The notes beneath the pieces are model-generated. The model was not told the DNA's origin, ran no database searches, and saw only the letters and a list, made by a program, of their open reading frames with translations. From Trichoplax sp. H2 (taxonomy: Eukaryota), in contig NOWV01000024.1 of the NCBI GenBank assembly GCA_003344405.1, positions 62,001 to 126,000 of the forward strand: DNA of 64,000 bases, read 5' to 3'. Positions 1-19,956 of the stretch are shown here, piece after piece. Both the position numbers and the translations under genes were made by a program. How positions within the stretch are numbered: position 1 is the stretch's first letter; each line of letters opens with the position of its first letter.

Positions 1-98
1 ATTATAGAATATCATCATCAAGCTGGTTGGCTAATTATCGAATAAAGTAATCCTGATAGTAGTCTACTTGAGAGGTAAACACCGCAATCGCTAAACCT

Positions 99-3000
99 AT
101 GCCAAAGACAGCGATGACAGAAATTTTCACAAGTTGTTTGCCGTGCCTTGGTAGGAGTAATGGATCCAATAAGAAAAGGTAAGGCGCAATAGATGATCGC
201 TATTTAAAATCATCGAAGGAATGGAACAATACTGCCGTTGACAAACTGACGCTATACTTTTACCATCATATCATACTAAATTAAGCCTACATGATCATAT
301 CCACTTGATGAGTATAGCAGCATCCAAATAAATAAATTATCCGAGTGAATAGATGATACTTCTTTCACAAATGGTTATCTTATAAATTGGACAATATCCT
401 CTTTGGATAATATATTCATTACTGCAGTGATACTCTTTCAAAGCTAATGTTACGATTAATATTGCCATCATTTCTAGTGAAATCACTCTGCTAACGGTAG
501 GACTAGATGGTGCTGGTAAATCAACTATTCTACGATGCTTGCAAGGAGGTATGTGTGTGATCGTATATTTTTGGCAAATTCAAATACACATAAAAGGCGT
601 ACACTTTTACATGTCTACTTGATTTCAATAATGTAAAATTATCTATTCTACTTTAGTAATAAGATATTTAATTCTGTACCCAGTTTTAAATTGATTTGAA
701 ATTGAATCGGAAAAGAGGCTATATCAAAATTACTTTTTTTGAAGCACGTATCTATTTATCATGTTATTGCTATCAACATAATTGCGTAGTGCATCGATGT
801 CGAGGTGGAATATGAGATAGTGCTGTAGTAAATAGCACGAGAAAGTATGTCTTAAATTAGATTATTTTTATGTATACATCCCTGGCTATTAATTAAGATA
901 GAGTAACAATACGTTATGAGACGGTATGCGACATCGATGATTGGTAATAAGAAGATGAAAGGAATACAGCTATATCATAAGTATATAAAAACTGTCTTTC
1001 CCACGACCGCATTGTTGAGCAGTAAAATTAGATGAAACTACAATGTTTCCATTAACACTATAAATCGTTGATTTGGATTTAGACATTTTGCTATCAAGAA
1101 GAGCGTGATAGCTTTCATCTGATATAAATGAAAGTCATGCGAAATAAACTCCCATAGACTAGTGTCCTGTTATACGTATTTTTAGAATGTCAGCATAGAA
1201 ACAATTTAATTTCGATCGTATCATTACAAATAGACCTGTAATCTCTATTCTCAAGCAGTAGATTTTTCGTGACTGCCGCATGATATTTATCAGTTAATAA
1301 ACAGAAATTGTTATTATTTAGCACATCATCTTATTTTTTTATGTTTAAAATTATTCTTTAGAAAGCATTGAAGGAGTTTCTACCACAGTAGGATTTAATA
1401 ACTTTTCACTGCAATTGTATGGACGTAAAATTATAACTTATGACGTCGGCGGTGGGCCGAGAATTCGTGGTATCTGGAAGAATTACTATCATGATGTAAG
1501 TAAATCAATTTATTTTCAGAACTTTATTGGCTAGTAAAGCAGTAATTGATAAAAAGCTTAAAAAAAGCATATATTTACTGTAGAATTAATCTATATCTAT
1601 TACTAGAGAAAAAAATCTGAAGGTAAATACGTACTAGCGACTCAATTTTTTTGTCGTTTACGACCAAAACGTTTATATAATGCTATTAATACAGTACAAT
1701 CGACTGTAATATATTGTTATAGAGATAAATAGCGTTTTTATTTCTTATAATTATATATTCTAGGTTCATGGTATCATTTATGTAGTCGATGCAAGTGATC
1801 ATAACAAATTAGAAGAAAATCTAGAAGTACTAGAAGAAGTTGTCAAACATGATAAATCAAAAGGAAAACCCATCTTGGTGTTAGCTAATAAACAAGATAT
1901 ACCCAATGCTATAGACAAGGAAAGATTAGTCAAACAGCTACAACTTCATTCGTTACTAACAAATAACCAAAATCCATATCGAGTGGTGAGTCAAAATCTC
2001 CTCGCATTTCTAGCTTTATATCGATGCTCTTTACAAAATTGTGTGCAGTTTTTGTAATGAATTCATTAATGGCAAACTTTAAACTAGAATTTTCCGAAAT
2101 TGCAACTTAATAAAGATTACCGTAATGTTTTTGTTGTATGAAGATTGATTTCCGTTGCTCTTGCAGGGCTATAGAAATAATTACGTTTTTCATATCCATA
2201 TTATGATTTTACCGCTATTGTACCGTAGGCAGTCATCGCATTCTAAATCTTTTATTGTAAATATCTATTGCAATAATATCCAATAGCAAAATTTACTGTT
2301 TTAATATGAAGAAGTGTGTTCCGGTTATTGATGTCAGACTTGAAAGAGTGTATAGATTGTCGGTTTATTGTTAAATTAATATAGAGTCTAACATATTCTA
2401 ATCGTCTATAGATGAGTTGATCATCAAACTCTGCTATACATTACTATACTGCAAACCAGATGGAGTAGAAGTAGCCTAGAGAATAAATGATATACATGAT
2501 ACAATAGCTTTCATATTGTAGCAAGTTTTTACGTAATGCATATATTAACACTTAGTCTTTGCGATATTATTATAATTTCGCTTATTTATATTCAAGATCG
2601 CACTTGCTGTAAAATTGCTTTTCGGAAATTTAGTCTACACCTTATTAATAAGTATTTAGAAAAATTCAATTGAAACAACTCCTTTCGCCATGTTAGTATG
2701 TGGCATCAGTGAAATGTTAAAAAATACGCTGATAGTTTACTCATTCGGTCTAAATTCACGTACTTTCCTCTATCCCTTTTCCAAAACAAATTTCTAGGAA
2801 GGATGTATAGCTCATAAGGGAACTGGATCTAAGACGGATAAATCTATTAAAATAGGTAAGTACTATTACAGCCAACATCATTTACTACTAATATCCTATA
2901 AGGAAGAAAAGGGAAAGTTACAGTAGTGGACAAAAGAGACTGATAGTGCAGCTGTTATCTGCCAATTAATTTAATAATCTATGGTATTAGTTGAGGATAA

Positions 3001-5639
3001 ATTAAAAGTCTATAACGTACTGTGAGTACGCTTGCTCTGTCTTTAAATGCTGTTTTCATACTATTTTCTATCCATGAATTTCTTATAGGATTTAAATGGT
3101 TAATTGATACCATCGGTAAGAGTGATGCCTTAATGAAAAGAGTAGCAAAAGATATTGCTAATCAAGTAAGTAAAGAATGACTTTAACAAAATTTGATCTA
3201 ATCTTTAAAATTTAAGAAGTTTTAGTACTATATCAAAATTGGACTATTCATTATGATATATAGTTTTAATTTGCTTCCAATTTTTTTGCTTGAAAGCTTT
3301 TTCTCAATTGACAAATATCCTACACTGGGATTGAAATACGTACCCTAATTACAATATCCTAATTATAGTACTAGATCTACATAATTTATAATCCTTCACA
3401 AAACATCCTCAAAAGCTTACCTTGTGATAAAAAGCGTATTTGAATTAATAGATTAGGTTGTTCTCAATCAATTAGTACGACATTTCGTTTATAATTTCCT
3501 TGGGAATTATTAGTAACCATTACCATTTACATTATTTCCGCTGGAGTAAATTGCCGTACTTTCTATATAAAGATTTTTAGTAGATTTACTAACTCTGAAA
3601 AAAGCACATACCAATCTTTCTTTCGTAGCCACTGTTTGAACTTTAATCATGATTCTACTGTAGCAGCAGTGAAAAGACTAATTATTCCAGCGTTGTTAGA
3701 GTATTCTTTACTATGTCAGTTTGAAATTTAGATTTGGTTCAGAGATAGTTACTATATAGCTACCGTCATAACTACATATACATCAATGTTGATAAGATAG
3801 CGGCAAACATGCAATTACCCGTAATCGTAGAGGATATATGTCAAACTTTTGTCCTAGGTTAAAGTTTGTGCCTTGTTACAAGAGCACTAGTAACATACGA
3901 CTTGGGCCACTTATTTCTAGCCCATTCGACAAAAGCTTAGCCAATTAAATTTTAAACATGTCGGTAAAACACTTGATAAATATAACAGCTTATGCAATGT
4001 TATTTACGTAATTGCTATTAGAAAGAGATTGATGATCGAGAAAATAAGGAAAGACGAGCTAGAGCAAGAGCACGCCGAGAAAAAGAGTAAGTTTTTATCC
4101 AGTGTTGTACTATATTTATGGAAATGGGGTTCAATAATAAATCTTAGCAATATACAATATATATATATATAATACTATATTATAGCTTACATTGCACTTT
4201 AATACTAAATACTATGTTATGATTGTATTTTCTCTAATAGGGAACGTGAGAGTCAAAATCGCGATCAAGTTGATGTAACACAATCTGGCGATCCATTTAA
4301 GCGCGTTGTGGTCACAGGAGTGAGTTGATTAATAATTATAATAGGACATTTCATTTCCAGAAAACCTTCATTTTTTGCGTTCTTTTTGCAATTATTGAGG
4401 ACAGATGAATGACTTTAAATTATTTATTGCTATCAGAACGAAATGTATATCGGCGATGATAAAATTGAAGGTAAAAAAGGGAAAAAGAGTAAGAAAAGCA
4501 ATAGAGTGTCTGCAGATCCGGAATCACCATCGAATGATCGTCACATTAATAGCCACAGGTTTAGAAATAACAGCGACGACGACGATGATGAAGATGATGA
4601 TCTTGTTATAACAGGAAACAGTAGTAAAAATATCCGTAATAATAATATTAACGTACAGCCACCAAGGGGAGCAACAAACAGAAAGGAAAAAGCAGACTAT
4701 TCCGATAGTGATTCAGATGATGATACCATAGCAGTTGGAAAGGTACATCAACAATATAATTTAACTCATATTGTAGTTGTATTCACATTTTCTGAACTAT
4801 ATTAGCAGCTAATTAAGCAAATGTGTATTTTATTAATGTTAAATAATTACAATTGCTAACGATTATATATGCTTTTCGAAATAAAAATTGATAGAGTTAT
4901 CATACACGTCAAGAAGTGACAACAAAGAAGGCTAAAAGTAGCATCCGTCGATCATATGGTGGAAGTGAAAGTAGCGATGAAGAAGTTGATAGCGATGTCC
5001 ATATTAATAATAATAGATCACATAAAAAAATAGAAGAAAGGAAAGTAGATAGAGAAAGACTAACGGGAGACAGACTGAATAAATTAACACGATCTGATGA
5101 AATTGATGAAGATGATGATGACGACGGTATTGTTACTACAAGGAAACATATTTCTTCTAAACATCGACATGATAATAATGATGGTATTGCACGTGATAAT
5201 CAAGTAAATATTAAAAAGAATGGTAAAAATCGCAACAAGCAAAAAAAGAAAGGAAAAGGAAATAAAATTGCGCCTATTGGTTCTGACTTGTATCAAGACG
5301 AGACTCACAGTATGTTATCCGAAGGTAATCCATGGAATAAGTCCGTCGATTCAGCTCTCAGCGATTCTAGGCCAAGAAGGCTGAAACCTTTAGATTTATC
5401 TGGTGGTAATAAATCAAGAGCATTTCGTGGTCAGCCAACAAATACAAACACATCTGTTGGAGATGAGGTAAAATAGTAGTTACCGCACTATTATAATTGG
5501 TCAAGCAAATATCCATTTGCTCGAGTAGTCTATTTAAGGGGTATTGATATTAATCAAGTATACTTTTCATTTATAGATGGATCTTACATCGAATTGGAGA
5601 ACTAAACCTAATGCAGAAGAAGATGATATTGTTATGTAA
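99..5639 (+). CDS. ARL13B: ARL13B-like ciliary Arf-family GTPase (11 coding exons)
   Basis: Exons read manually: 99-178, 478-548, 1362-1495, 1764-1985, 2798-2855, 3089-3165, 4022-4086, 4241-4319, 4437-4742, 4895-5467, 5577-5639. All are GT-AG and phase-consistent. The translation has N-terminal IFTSCLPCL (palmitoylation-type Cys), P-loop GLDGAGKS, the ARL13-diagnostic DVGGG..IRGIWKNYY (no catalytic Gln), NKQD, a coiled coil, and a long low-complexity tail ending KPNAEEDDIVM*. The start could be ATG 99 or 114. Confidence 0.93.
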
Positions 5640-7788
5640 TGCAAGACGTACTATCATACCTAGATGAAATGCTTGTATTTCTAACAAGCACATAAGAATC
5701 AATATTATATAAAAAAGAAACAGTCGATATTAATCTCATAATATCGAAAATTTTTTAATAAGAATTTATTATACGAATATCATGCCACCTTTAAATATTT
5801 TGATCATCATGTATATTTCATTATTCCGCTGACTTTTTTAAACATTTCCTGAGTAGTATAGACAGATCTGATGAACAAGGATTACCATTGTCTTAACTAT
5901 AATTCAATTTTATTTATAACGTTATTTAATAAGTACTCAGGCTCATGTTTTAATTATGGACTAAAGTTCACTCTTTATGAGTTAGAATTAGTTAGCTAAT
6001 AATATAGCAATGAAAAAGCCGTATTCGTTTCAACTTTTTTTATTTTATACTTTCTTTTGAATGTGGTGCAAATGCAATGGATATAAAAGATGTTGAACTG
6101 ATCAACAACATTTTTTCGTGAAGATAAAGTTATACATTATCTTAATTACTTATCTTGATCATACCTTCTATTGCTCATACACTAGTTGCAATTGCTAAAA
6201 CCGACAGTGCCATAATGAATGATCAAACAAATATCAATGTTCAGTTAGTAACAAAATTCAGACAAGATTATCCATTCAAATATTATTTGAAGAAATAATC
6301 ACTATGATAACTTATAATCAGATTTTCTTTTATTATCCATGTGTTGTGGGATATGCTACATGTAGCCAGCAATTTGTAAACTCCCACTATTATTTTGACG
6401 ACACTTGCGCATGTATTATACTGCACGAAAAATTTTAAAATTTATAAACTTTTAATACTGGATTATTATTTCATCGCTAAAAGTTATGCCTATGTATTAT
6501 ACTTGTACGTTCCTAACTGTATATAAGATCTTTTCAAAGGATGTATTTGTACAGGGTTTTCTATAGTAATATGCAAACTGTCTGTCGATATTACCAAAGT
6601 TAGTGTCAACCAATTCAGTGCGATATATTGCACGTACAAGAACGCTCTGATGTGAAAATAAAATATATAAAATTATCGTCATACGCGTATGATCATTGAT
6701 AGTGCTTGACGTGAATCTGCTTTAATCATTACGAATAAGCATCATTGCTTACGTGTCATTTAAAATTTACGGACTCTTCAGTGCATGTTGAAAGAAAAGG
6801 CAAAAATTTTTTGGAAAGTTGCTCTTTATTCCAAAAGTTATTTAGCGACATTACATCTATTCCGTTTATGACAGTAAAATAACTGTCAAAAGTGATTATA
6901 CTACACCAAGATACGTCACTTCCAGCACATTGAATGAAATCATGATGAAATGAACTTAAAATAATTATGTTCGTTCGAGGTGTAAACTCGTATATATATA
7001 TATTTAGCGATGATTACCAAAAATTAAGATGATACTGTTCATATCATATTTAAATTATACAATTGTGAATTCAGTAAATCAGTTCGGTACCTAATGAAAT
7101 ACTTCCATCATATGACAATGATAAAACTAAAACTGCAGTTGTAACGGACATTACCTATCAGCGTATGTATAAATTATATAATTTATTCCATCATCACGTT
7201 ATCGCTTTGTTGCTTTCGTTCAGGACTAATGACAATTAAAATGCTAAAAACGAATTGGGATGTACAATTTGAAAGAATTCGACATACTTTAATAGTTATG
7301 TTTAGTAAAAACTATCAGCAAATAATAATAATATATTTATTTAGCACGCATTTTAATCCCACACGCTCTATTAGTAACAAATATTATTTAAAGATAATTG
7401 ATGCCAATCCATTTGTCGATTATGGGCACTGGCTAATAAAACATGGAACTCATTATAAATATCCAAAAGGAATCGTAGTTGCTTTATCTCTCATGTTATT
7501 CTTTGTTGATGTTTGCAGAATAACAACTACGTTTGAAATCCACGTAATAAGCCGTATGAATAACATAATAAAAGCGAATGATTACCAAGACTAATTCGAG
7601 TCATATTATACAAATTCTACTATGCGAGATTAAAACTTGCGCAAATTCTAGAAAATAGTCTAAAATACTGTATTACGTGCATATTTCGGTTTAAATCTTA
7701 GCTCAAGGTCAATGCCAATGATGCATTTTTTTCAAATACATGATTGGCAGTTTCTACCAATCGTTTAAAACCTACACATAAAGTGGAT

Positions 7789-13745
<5,957 letters not shown>

Positions 13746-14076
13746 GGTTGTTGTAGATACTGTATAGAGCAAGGCTGTCGATTGTACTTTTGCTTACACC
13801 ATGGACGAGAAAGTACAGTATCCAAGCGAGACTATTCCTTAGATTGGCTATCCACAACGCTACCCTATTTGACTAGCTGGATTTTACACTGATATCAACT
13901 CCACTCTCCTTACCGTATCAATGGCTAGTCCAAGATTGAGTAATAACGCGCCAAGAATGTCCAAAGTCAAATGCTCCACTGTGAGGGTCTACTTACCAAC
14001 ACAATTGTCTGCCTGTATATTGGAAATTAAAGCACAACTGGTCTCAAAATCAAAGGCATGACATCGATGCAGGCCT

Positions 14077-14189
14077 CAATCAATTCCCTTTTGGTCATCA
14101 ATCAATTTCCTTTTGGCCATCAATCAATTCCCTTTTAGGCATCTATCAATTCCCTTTTGGGAATCTAATCAATTACCTTTTGGTTCAAT
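14077..14189. repeat. Minisatellite, about 22-bp unit x5 (CAATCAATTCCCTTTTGGNCAT)
   Basis: Units start at about 14077, 14099, 14121, 14143 and 14165. Confidence 0.9.
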
Positions 14190-14472
14190 GCGATTTCACT
14201 GTCTACCAGTGAAATTGGAAACTCATTGGTGATTGCATTTTCAATGGCGATGCAGCTGTGTCGAGCGTTGTGATGGAGGACGTCGTTGGTGATTGACGCT
14301 AGTGGTTGATTGAAGCGTAGGCAAGAGTGATGTTTCAAAGGATGACGAGTGGCATCAACACCACGGTAGGGGACGATTGCCGACAACCCGGTCAAAGTAC
14401 TGTATTCTATGGGCTGGAGTGGAGGACGCTCGCTTGCGACTGAAGCAACTTTGGCGTCAAAGCGCGCGGACG

Positions 14473-15790
14473 TACTCTACAGTACAGTAAAACGAGTGCA
14501 GTTGCAGGCTTGACCGACTGCCAGTGGCCACGGACGTTTTGAGCAACCGTGTGGATAGACAGAGGATATCCGAGACAATCGCACAACAATGATAACTGCA
14601 GTTATCAATGTACTGTGACTCTTTTGTACCGCAGTAGCGTACAGTGTAGACTACAGTGTTGTACTGTACACTGTACACTGTGCAAGGGACCTGGAAAAGC
14701 TTTTTCTTTCTTTTCTTCCATTTTCAGCTTTGCTGTACTCCTGAGCAGTGTGTAGTGAGTACAGTACACTGCTGTGCCTCACTGTACAGTATACAGTGTA
14801 CAGTACTGTACACTGTGAAATACAGTATACTGTACTGTACTGTACTGTACTGATTTCACAGTATACAGTACTGTAGTTGGAAAAACTTTTTCTTTCTTTT
14901 CTTTCATTTTTAGCTTTCCTGTAGTGAGTACAGTACACTGCTGTGCCTCACTGTACAGTACAGTAAGTTGAAAAAGCTTTTTCTTTCTTTTCTTCCATTT
15001 TTAGCTTTCCTGTACTCCTGAGCAGTACAGTGGGTACAGTGTACTGTACTGTACAGTACAACTCTCTACAGTACGGTACAGTACAGTACTTCAAACAACA
15101 ACACTACTGTACAGTACTGTACTGCAAATGCTCTGTTAAGGTCTTCAAAGGAAGGTACTGTACACTGTACAGTATTGTTTACCTTGGTCCAAAGCATCGA
15201 CTGAGAGTGCGTAGATCGCGTCATGACTCAGGGTTCTACAGTACAGTACAGTATTTTGAAGTGTGTTTTATTGTACTGTACTCCTGCTTGATTTGAAATC
15301 TTGACAGTGGTAATATTCAAAATAATAAATAAACTCCTAGCATGTGCTATACTAGTGTATCTAATATTTTAAATACTCAAGTCTGTCCTTATGATACAAT
15401 GACTCGTGGAAGATTGAAGAAAATCACCCTGCAATTAGTCATGATCCATTCTTAAGCGGAGTAATCCTTCGATAAAAAGTGACGATGAGGATTAGCCTAC
15501 AGTACACTTGTACAGTACAGTAGTCAGTGTCTGACCACTGCATTTTGGGAATTTCTACGGTACTTCGTACTTAAGCACTAGATAACTAGCTGTGCAATAC
15601 AGTACTGCACTGTACACCGTACAGTATGACAGATCGAAGATGTGGATGGAACTACACTACACTATTTACAGTACTTTTATCGTACTGTACTGTACACTCT
15701 ACACCTACAGTACTTGCAAGTTGCAACACAGCGTACTCTACCCAATACGGTACTTGTACAGCGCAGTCGGTGTTATACTGTACAACACAA
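14473..15790. repeat. TACAG/CTGTA pentamer-palindrome island upstream of Scm
   Basis: Dense TACTG/CAGTA/TGTACA runs, e.g. tactgtactgtactgtactgtactg at about 14827. It includes three copies of a longer unit beginning GAAAA(A)GCTTTTTCTTTCTTTTCTT at about 14693, 14879 and 14969. Confidence 0.9.
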
Positions 15791-18700
15791 CGAGTGCGTT
15801 GGATAAACCTACTGTATAGCATTACCTTCTCCGGTGCCATACACTATAGTCTACTGCAAAAGCGGCTACTGCGCAGAATCCGAACGTCTTCCGTATGTTT
15901 TGCAAAAACGCTCCATCCAAATTTCTACATTTCAAGTTGGATCTTTCCTCCATACCATAGTTGAATTCTGAACTAGAGAATCATGTCTTCCCCAAGAAGG
16001 CCAGAAAGTTATGCCGGCATAATTGTAAGGAATAAGCCTTGTGTATACATACGTACAATAATTCAGAACGAAATAAATACTAAAAACTCCACTGTTAATT
16101 GAAATGATGTCAAAAATTATACGGACTGGATGCTCATAACGCTCTCGTAAAACATGCTCAAGTTTGACTTTTGCATACTGTACAGCTAAAACAATTGTGC
16201 GTGTAGCAAGTACTTTCATGCTCCATGAAATTGGGGACCAAAGTTGAACTATGGACAATATAACTTCATAGACAATACATTTAAAAACCCTTTCTGAACC
16301 GTCAATCACAAATTTTGTAACGATGGGTACTTGAACTACTTGTAGTTACTGTAGTATTTGTTGTACTGCACTGCTACCAGTATGGATAAAGAACGGATGG
16401 TGTGAAGGACATTAAGTTGATAGGATTGAAACTACACTTGCAGTCACTAATTCAATAATAGCAATACATTATGTCTTATAGATGAGAGATTTGCTAAGTA
16501 CATGTACTATCGATGAAGAGGACTTACTACAAAATGACGCTATTTTCATTCTCTGTCGGTACCCGTATCCTTTGCGATAGACACATACTGTTAACTCCAG
16601 TCAAAGCTTTTACTGTGCTCAGTGTATAAGTGCTAGATAATCGACGTTTTGGGCCATTGTAATCTTTGCTCTTCCTAACGTTACACTGATGATGTAATAA
16701 TGCTCAATTGAGCTCTTGTTAGAATTATTTCCACCAATTTCTGCAACTCCTTTGATGTCAATCTCCACTAATATTGGTCAATCTTTTTTCAATACGATAG
16801 CGCTCGGATGCTATAGATCGATGGGGTCACTATCGTGAAAACACGTACCATTTATTTAAAGTTAATACTAGAACGATCACCACTCTACTGATATTTGGAA
16901 TTGGCATTCCTGGTGCCCTTTATTACTATACCTCGAAAATTCAAGTTAGTATACAACTGTTTCTATCTGTAATGTACTCATGGCGTATCTCTACCGCATA
17001 GCCATCAATGGAATTTCATAATCAATTCTCCTGGTCAATGTACAGTACATGATAATCATGAATGGATATGATTGTGACTTTTCTAGTATACTGTATATAG
17101 CTTGGCTTGTCTATTACCGTTAGGCTTATCCTGTAGTGTTATCAACACTGTAGCACATGTTGATATACAGTTGTCTACTTCATGTAGAGCTTTGCTACAG
17201 CTTTTAAAATTGTAATATATGATAGTTTGAAATGCATCCAATAATTATTCGTGTATAACCGGTAAGAATCAAAAGTAATATCAATATGATCGTATATCAA
17301 TTTGCAGGCTAAGCATGAACAAATGGTTGCCGATAAAATTGCAAAAGCAGCTGCGAATAAAAACTAGCAAGGATGATGAGACAAAAACGATGAGAAGATG
17401 CGTTTGTGACAGACAATTTGCAATCAATTCATTTTAAAACAAGTAACAATTTCTTGAAAAGAGTAATATGAACTAGCTCATGAAGAAAGAGATCGTAATA
17501 TGGACAAAAACTTGTCCTTTGCTTATTTGAATCGCATGATTTATAACCTACTGTAAGTAAAAAGGCTATTTTTGGCGGGCCATGTATCTTATTAATTCTT
17601 GTATAAAGTGCGGTTACTTTTATGACTGTGCTGCTTGAAAGTATTTCAATAAAAAATTTGAATGCGATATTTCAATGGCGAGTTTTTCCAATTGATTGTA
17701 TGTCAAAAATTGGGACAACAGTACACCTATCATCATACAATCATTTTTTATTCCTACTCTGCTTTCATGGTATTATTTGGCGTAATCTCTATTTGGCTGG
17801 TTCTATTCTCTAGATATATTGCCACCAGATACAGTAATAACATCGTAATCATGTCTAACTTTGTCTACTTTCTATTTTGTAGAAGTATTTTATTCTCCTA
17901 TTTAGGGAATCTACAGTTATGCAGTGGAAGTTACACTCAGTAATGCATATCTTGTAGCCCTTTACGGTACAGAGCGTATATATCCTAGGGCCTATTATTA
18001 TATTATTTGAGGCATTTACAACATTGTGAATGATGACCGTTATTTCTCCAATCATTTTGAATCGCCGCCACTCATCACTACTAGAGGTATTACTACTACA
18101 CGAATCTGTTGTTGTTGTACGACAAGTGTCGTTCTGTAGTTTACTGTTCCTACAACAAATTTCTATTAAGTTACTACTAAACCTACTTACTGTTCATACA
18201 GAAAAGCAGATACCTATATGCTGTATGTACAAAGTATTGATATAGCTATCTGCATTTTATATCTGCGTCGACATGTTGCCTACTGTATATCTTTATCTGG
18301 AATCATTCTACTGTACTGTGTGTATCTAAGCAGAGGCTTTAGAAGTCCCTGATCTGAGGCTGGTCTGCCTCAATTTCTATGTCGAGTCACAAGTGGGTAC
18401 AAGGGCAATATGCAACTGCATCCTGATTGGAATATTGGATTATAGATCAGAAATTGATTGTAATTTGTAGTACAGTCTACTGGATTAGGATTGAGTACAG
18501 TATACCAATCGCACTTTTGGTCTTGAACTTAATCTCATGATCACATCTGCTCGAGCTAGACTGCTAGTGTAGCGGTGTGTTTATTTTGTTTTGAGATTGC
18601 TTAAAGCCTTCTGGAGATACCTTAAATAATAAAATGACCTGTAAATTTCATACCAGTGTGTAGTATACTGTATAAATTGTCCGTTCTATATATTGAAGTA

Positions 18701-18994
18701 AAATTTCATTTCATAGAATTTCGAAGTCGTAATATCGCAATAAATCGGACGTTTGGCTACATTACAAATTCAAATTTACGAAGCATTTATTTTCAATGTT
18801 GGATATTTTATTCCCATCAATTATCATAATGGTTCCATTTAGCAAAGCATTGCCTACGGGTACATCTAATATTTACTATGACTACTACTTAATATAGTCT
18901 GTTCAATTTATTTATGAATAAGATTCTGAAAGCAAAATAACCACACTGAGTCCAGTATATCTATGGCTGAGTGATCCACTTTATGCGCATACTC

Positions 18995-19855
18995 GGATGG
19001 CCTTCTCCAGTACTGTACAGCGCATACTCGCATGGCCTTCTCTAGTACTGTACACTGTACACTGCGTACATTATACTGTACAGTACTGTACACTAGACAA
19101 ATCATTTGTGATTTGAATTCAAGGACCATGAGGCAGAGGCTGGGCCTGGACCTCATGCTAACAGATTTGTTTGGTACATTCATACTGTAGACTCACAGTA
19201 CTCAGTACAGTACAGTAGTAGCCCCTCTGACCCACTTATGAGGCTCATGAGGTAAACCAAATTCCATACTGTACCCTGAGAGTCCATAACCACTGACATG
19301 GTAGCGACGGGAGTTTGCACTAGTCTATTTTATATAATCGGTATTTCATGCCAGCATGGCCAGATTATGATCACTGACAAGGGACTACAGTACTCAACTG
19401 TACATTACAGTACACTGTACTGTAATTTTCTGCAAATGGTGAGGCAAAAATTGACTTGGCTACAATACTTTACACTGTAACGTGATGAGGCTCATGAGGT
19501 CCCCAAAAATTCCATACTGTACCATGAGAGTCCATGCTGACTGACACGGGACTACAGTACTCAACTGTACAGTACAGTACTGCCCCGTACTGTACTGTAC
19601 TGTAATTTTCTGCAAATGGTAAGTCAAAAATTGACTTGACTACAATACTTTGCACTGTAAAGTGATGAGGTCAATGAGGTCAAAAAATTCCATACTCTAC
19701 CATGAAAAGAGTCCATGACCATTGACTAACTGGCATGGGACTACAGTACTCAACTCGACTGTACTGAAAGTGGACTTCAATTTTCTGCAAATGGTAAGGC
19801 AAAAGAACCTTGACTACAATACTTTACACTGTAAAAAGTACAGTACATTCACTGT
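18995..19855. repeat. TACAG island plus about 180-bp tandem repeat x3 immediately upstream of the DBHS gene
   Basis: Copies begin ATGAGG(C)TCA(A)TGAGGT at 19238, 19485 and 19665. Each contains GGGACTACAGTACTCAACT, TTTTCTGCAAATGGT and CTACAATACTTT(A/G)CACTGTAA. The array ends about 120 bp before the ATG at 19957. Confidence 0.9.
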
Positions 19856-19956
19856 AAAACACGCTCGACGGGGCAACCGTTAATTTAACATTTCCAACGC
19901 GGTTTGGCTTTGCTCCAGTGTCTCTTTGTTGTAGCTGAAGGAGAAGTGTTGCTCAC

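Noticed and set aside
7229..7594. 121-aa ORF between ARL13B and Scm
   Set aside because: It has no recognisable motif, shows AT-rich codon composition, and lies antisense in the probable Scm 3'UTR.
14077..14189. 22-bp repeats resembling iterons or CRISPR repeats
   Set aside because: They are head-to-tail with no spacers and no replication gene, so this is an ordinary minisatellite.
14407..15964. Many short ORFs rich in Y/C/T/V/Q/S (YCTVQYSTV), also at 18908-19655 and 48132-49653
   Set aside because: They are translation artefacts of the TACAG/CTGTA repeat, which appear in multiple frames on both strands.
15932..16309. 125-aa minus-strand ORF
   Set aside because: It has a non-ATG start, no recognisable domain and no supporting exon chain.
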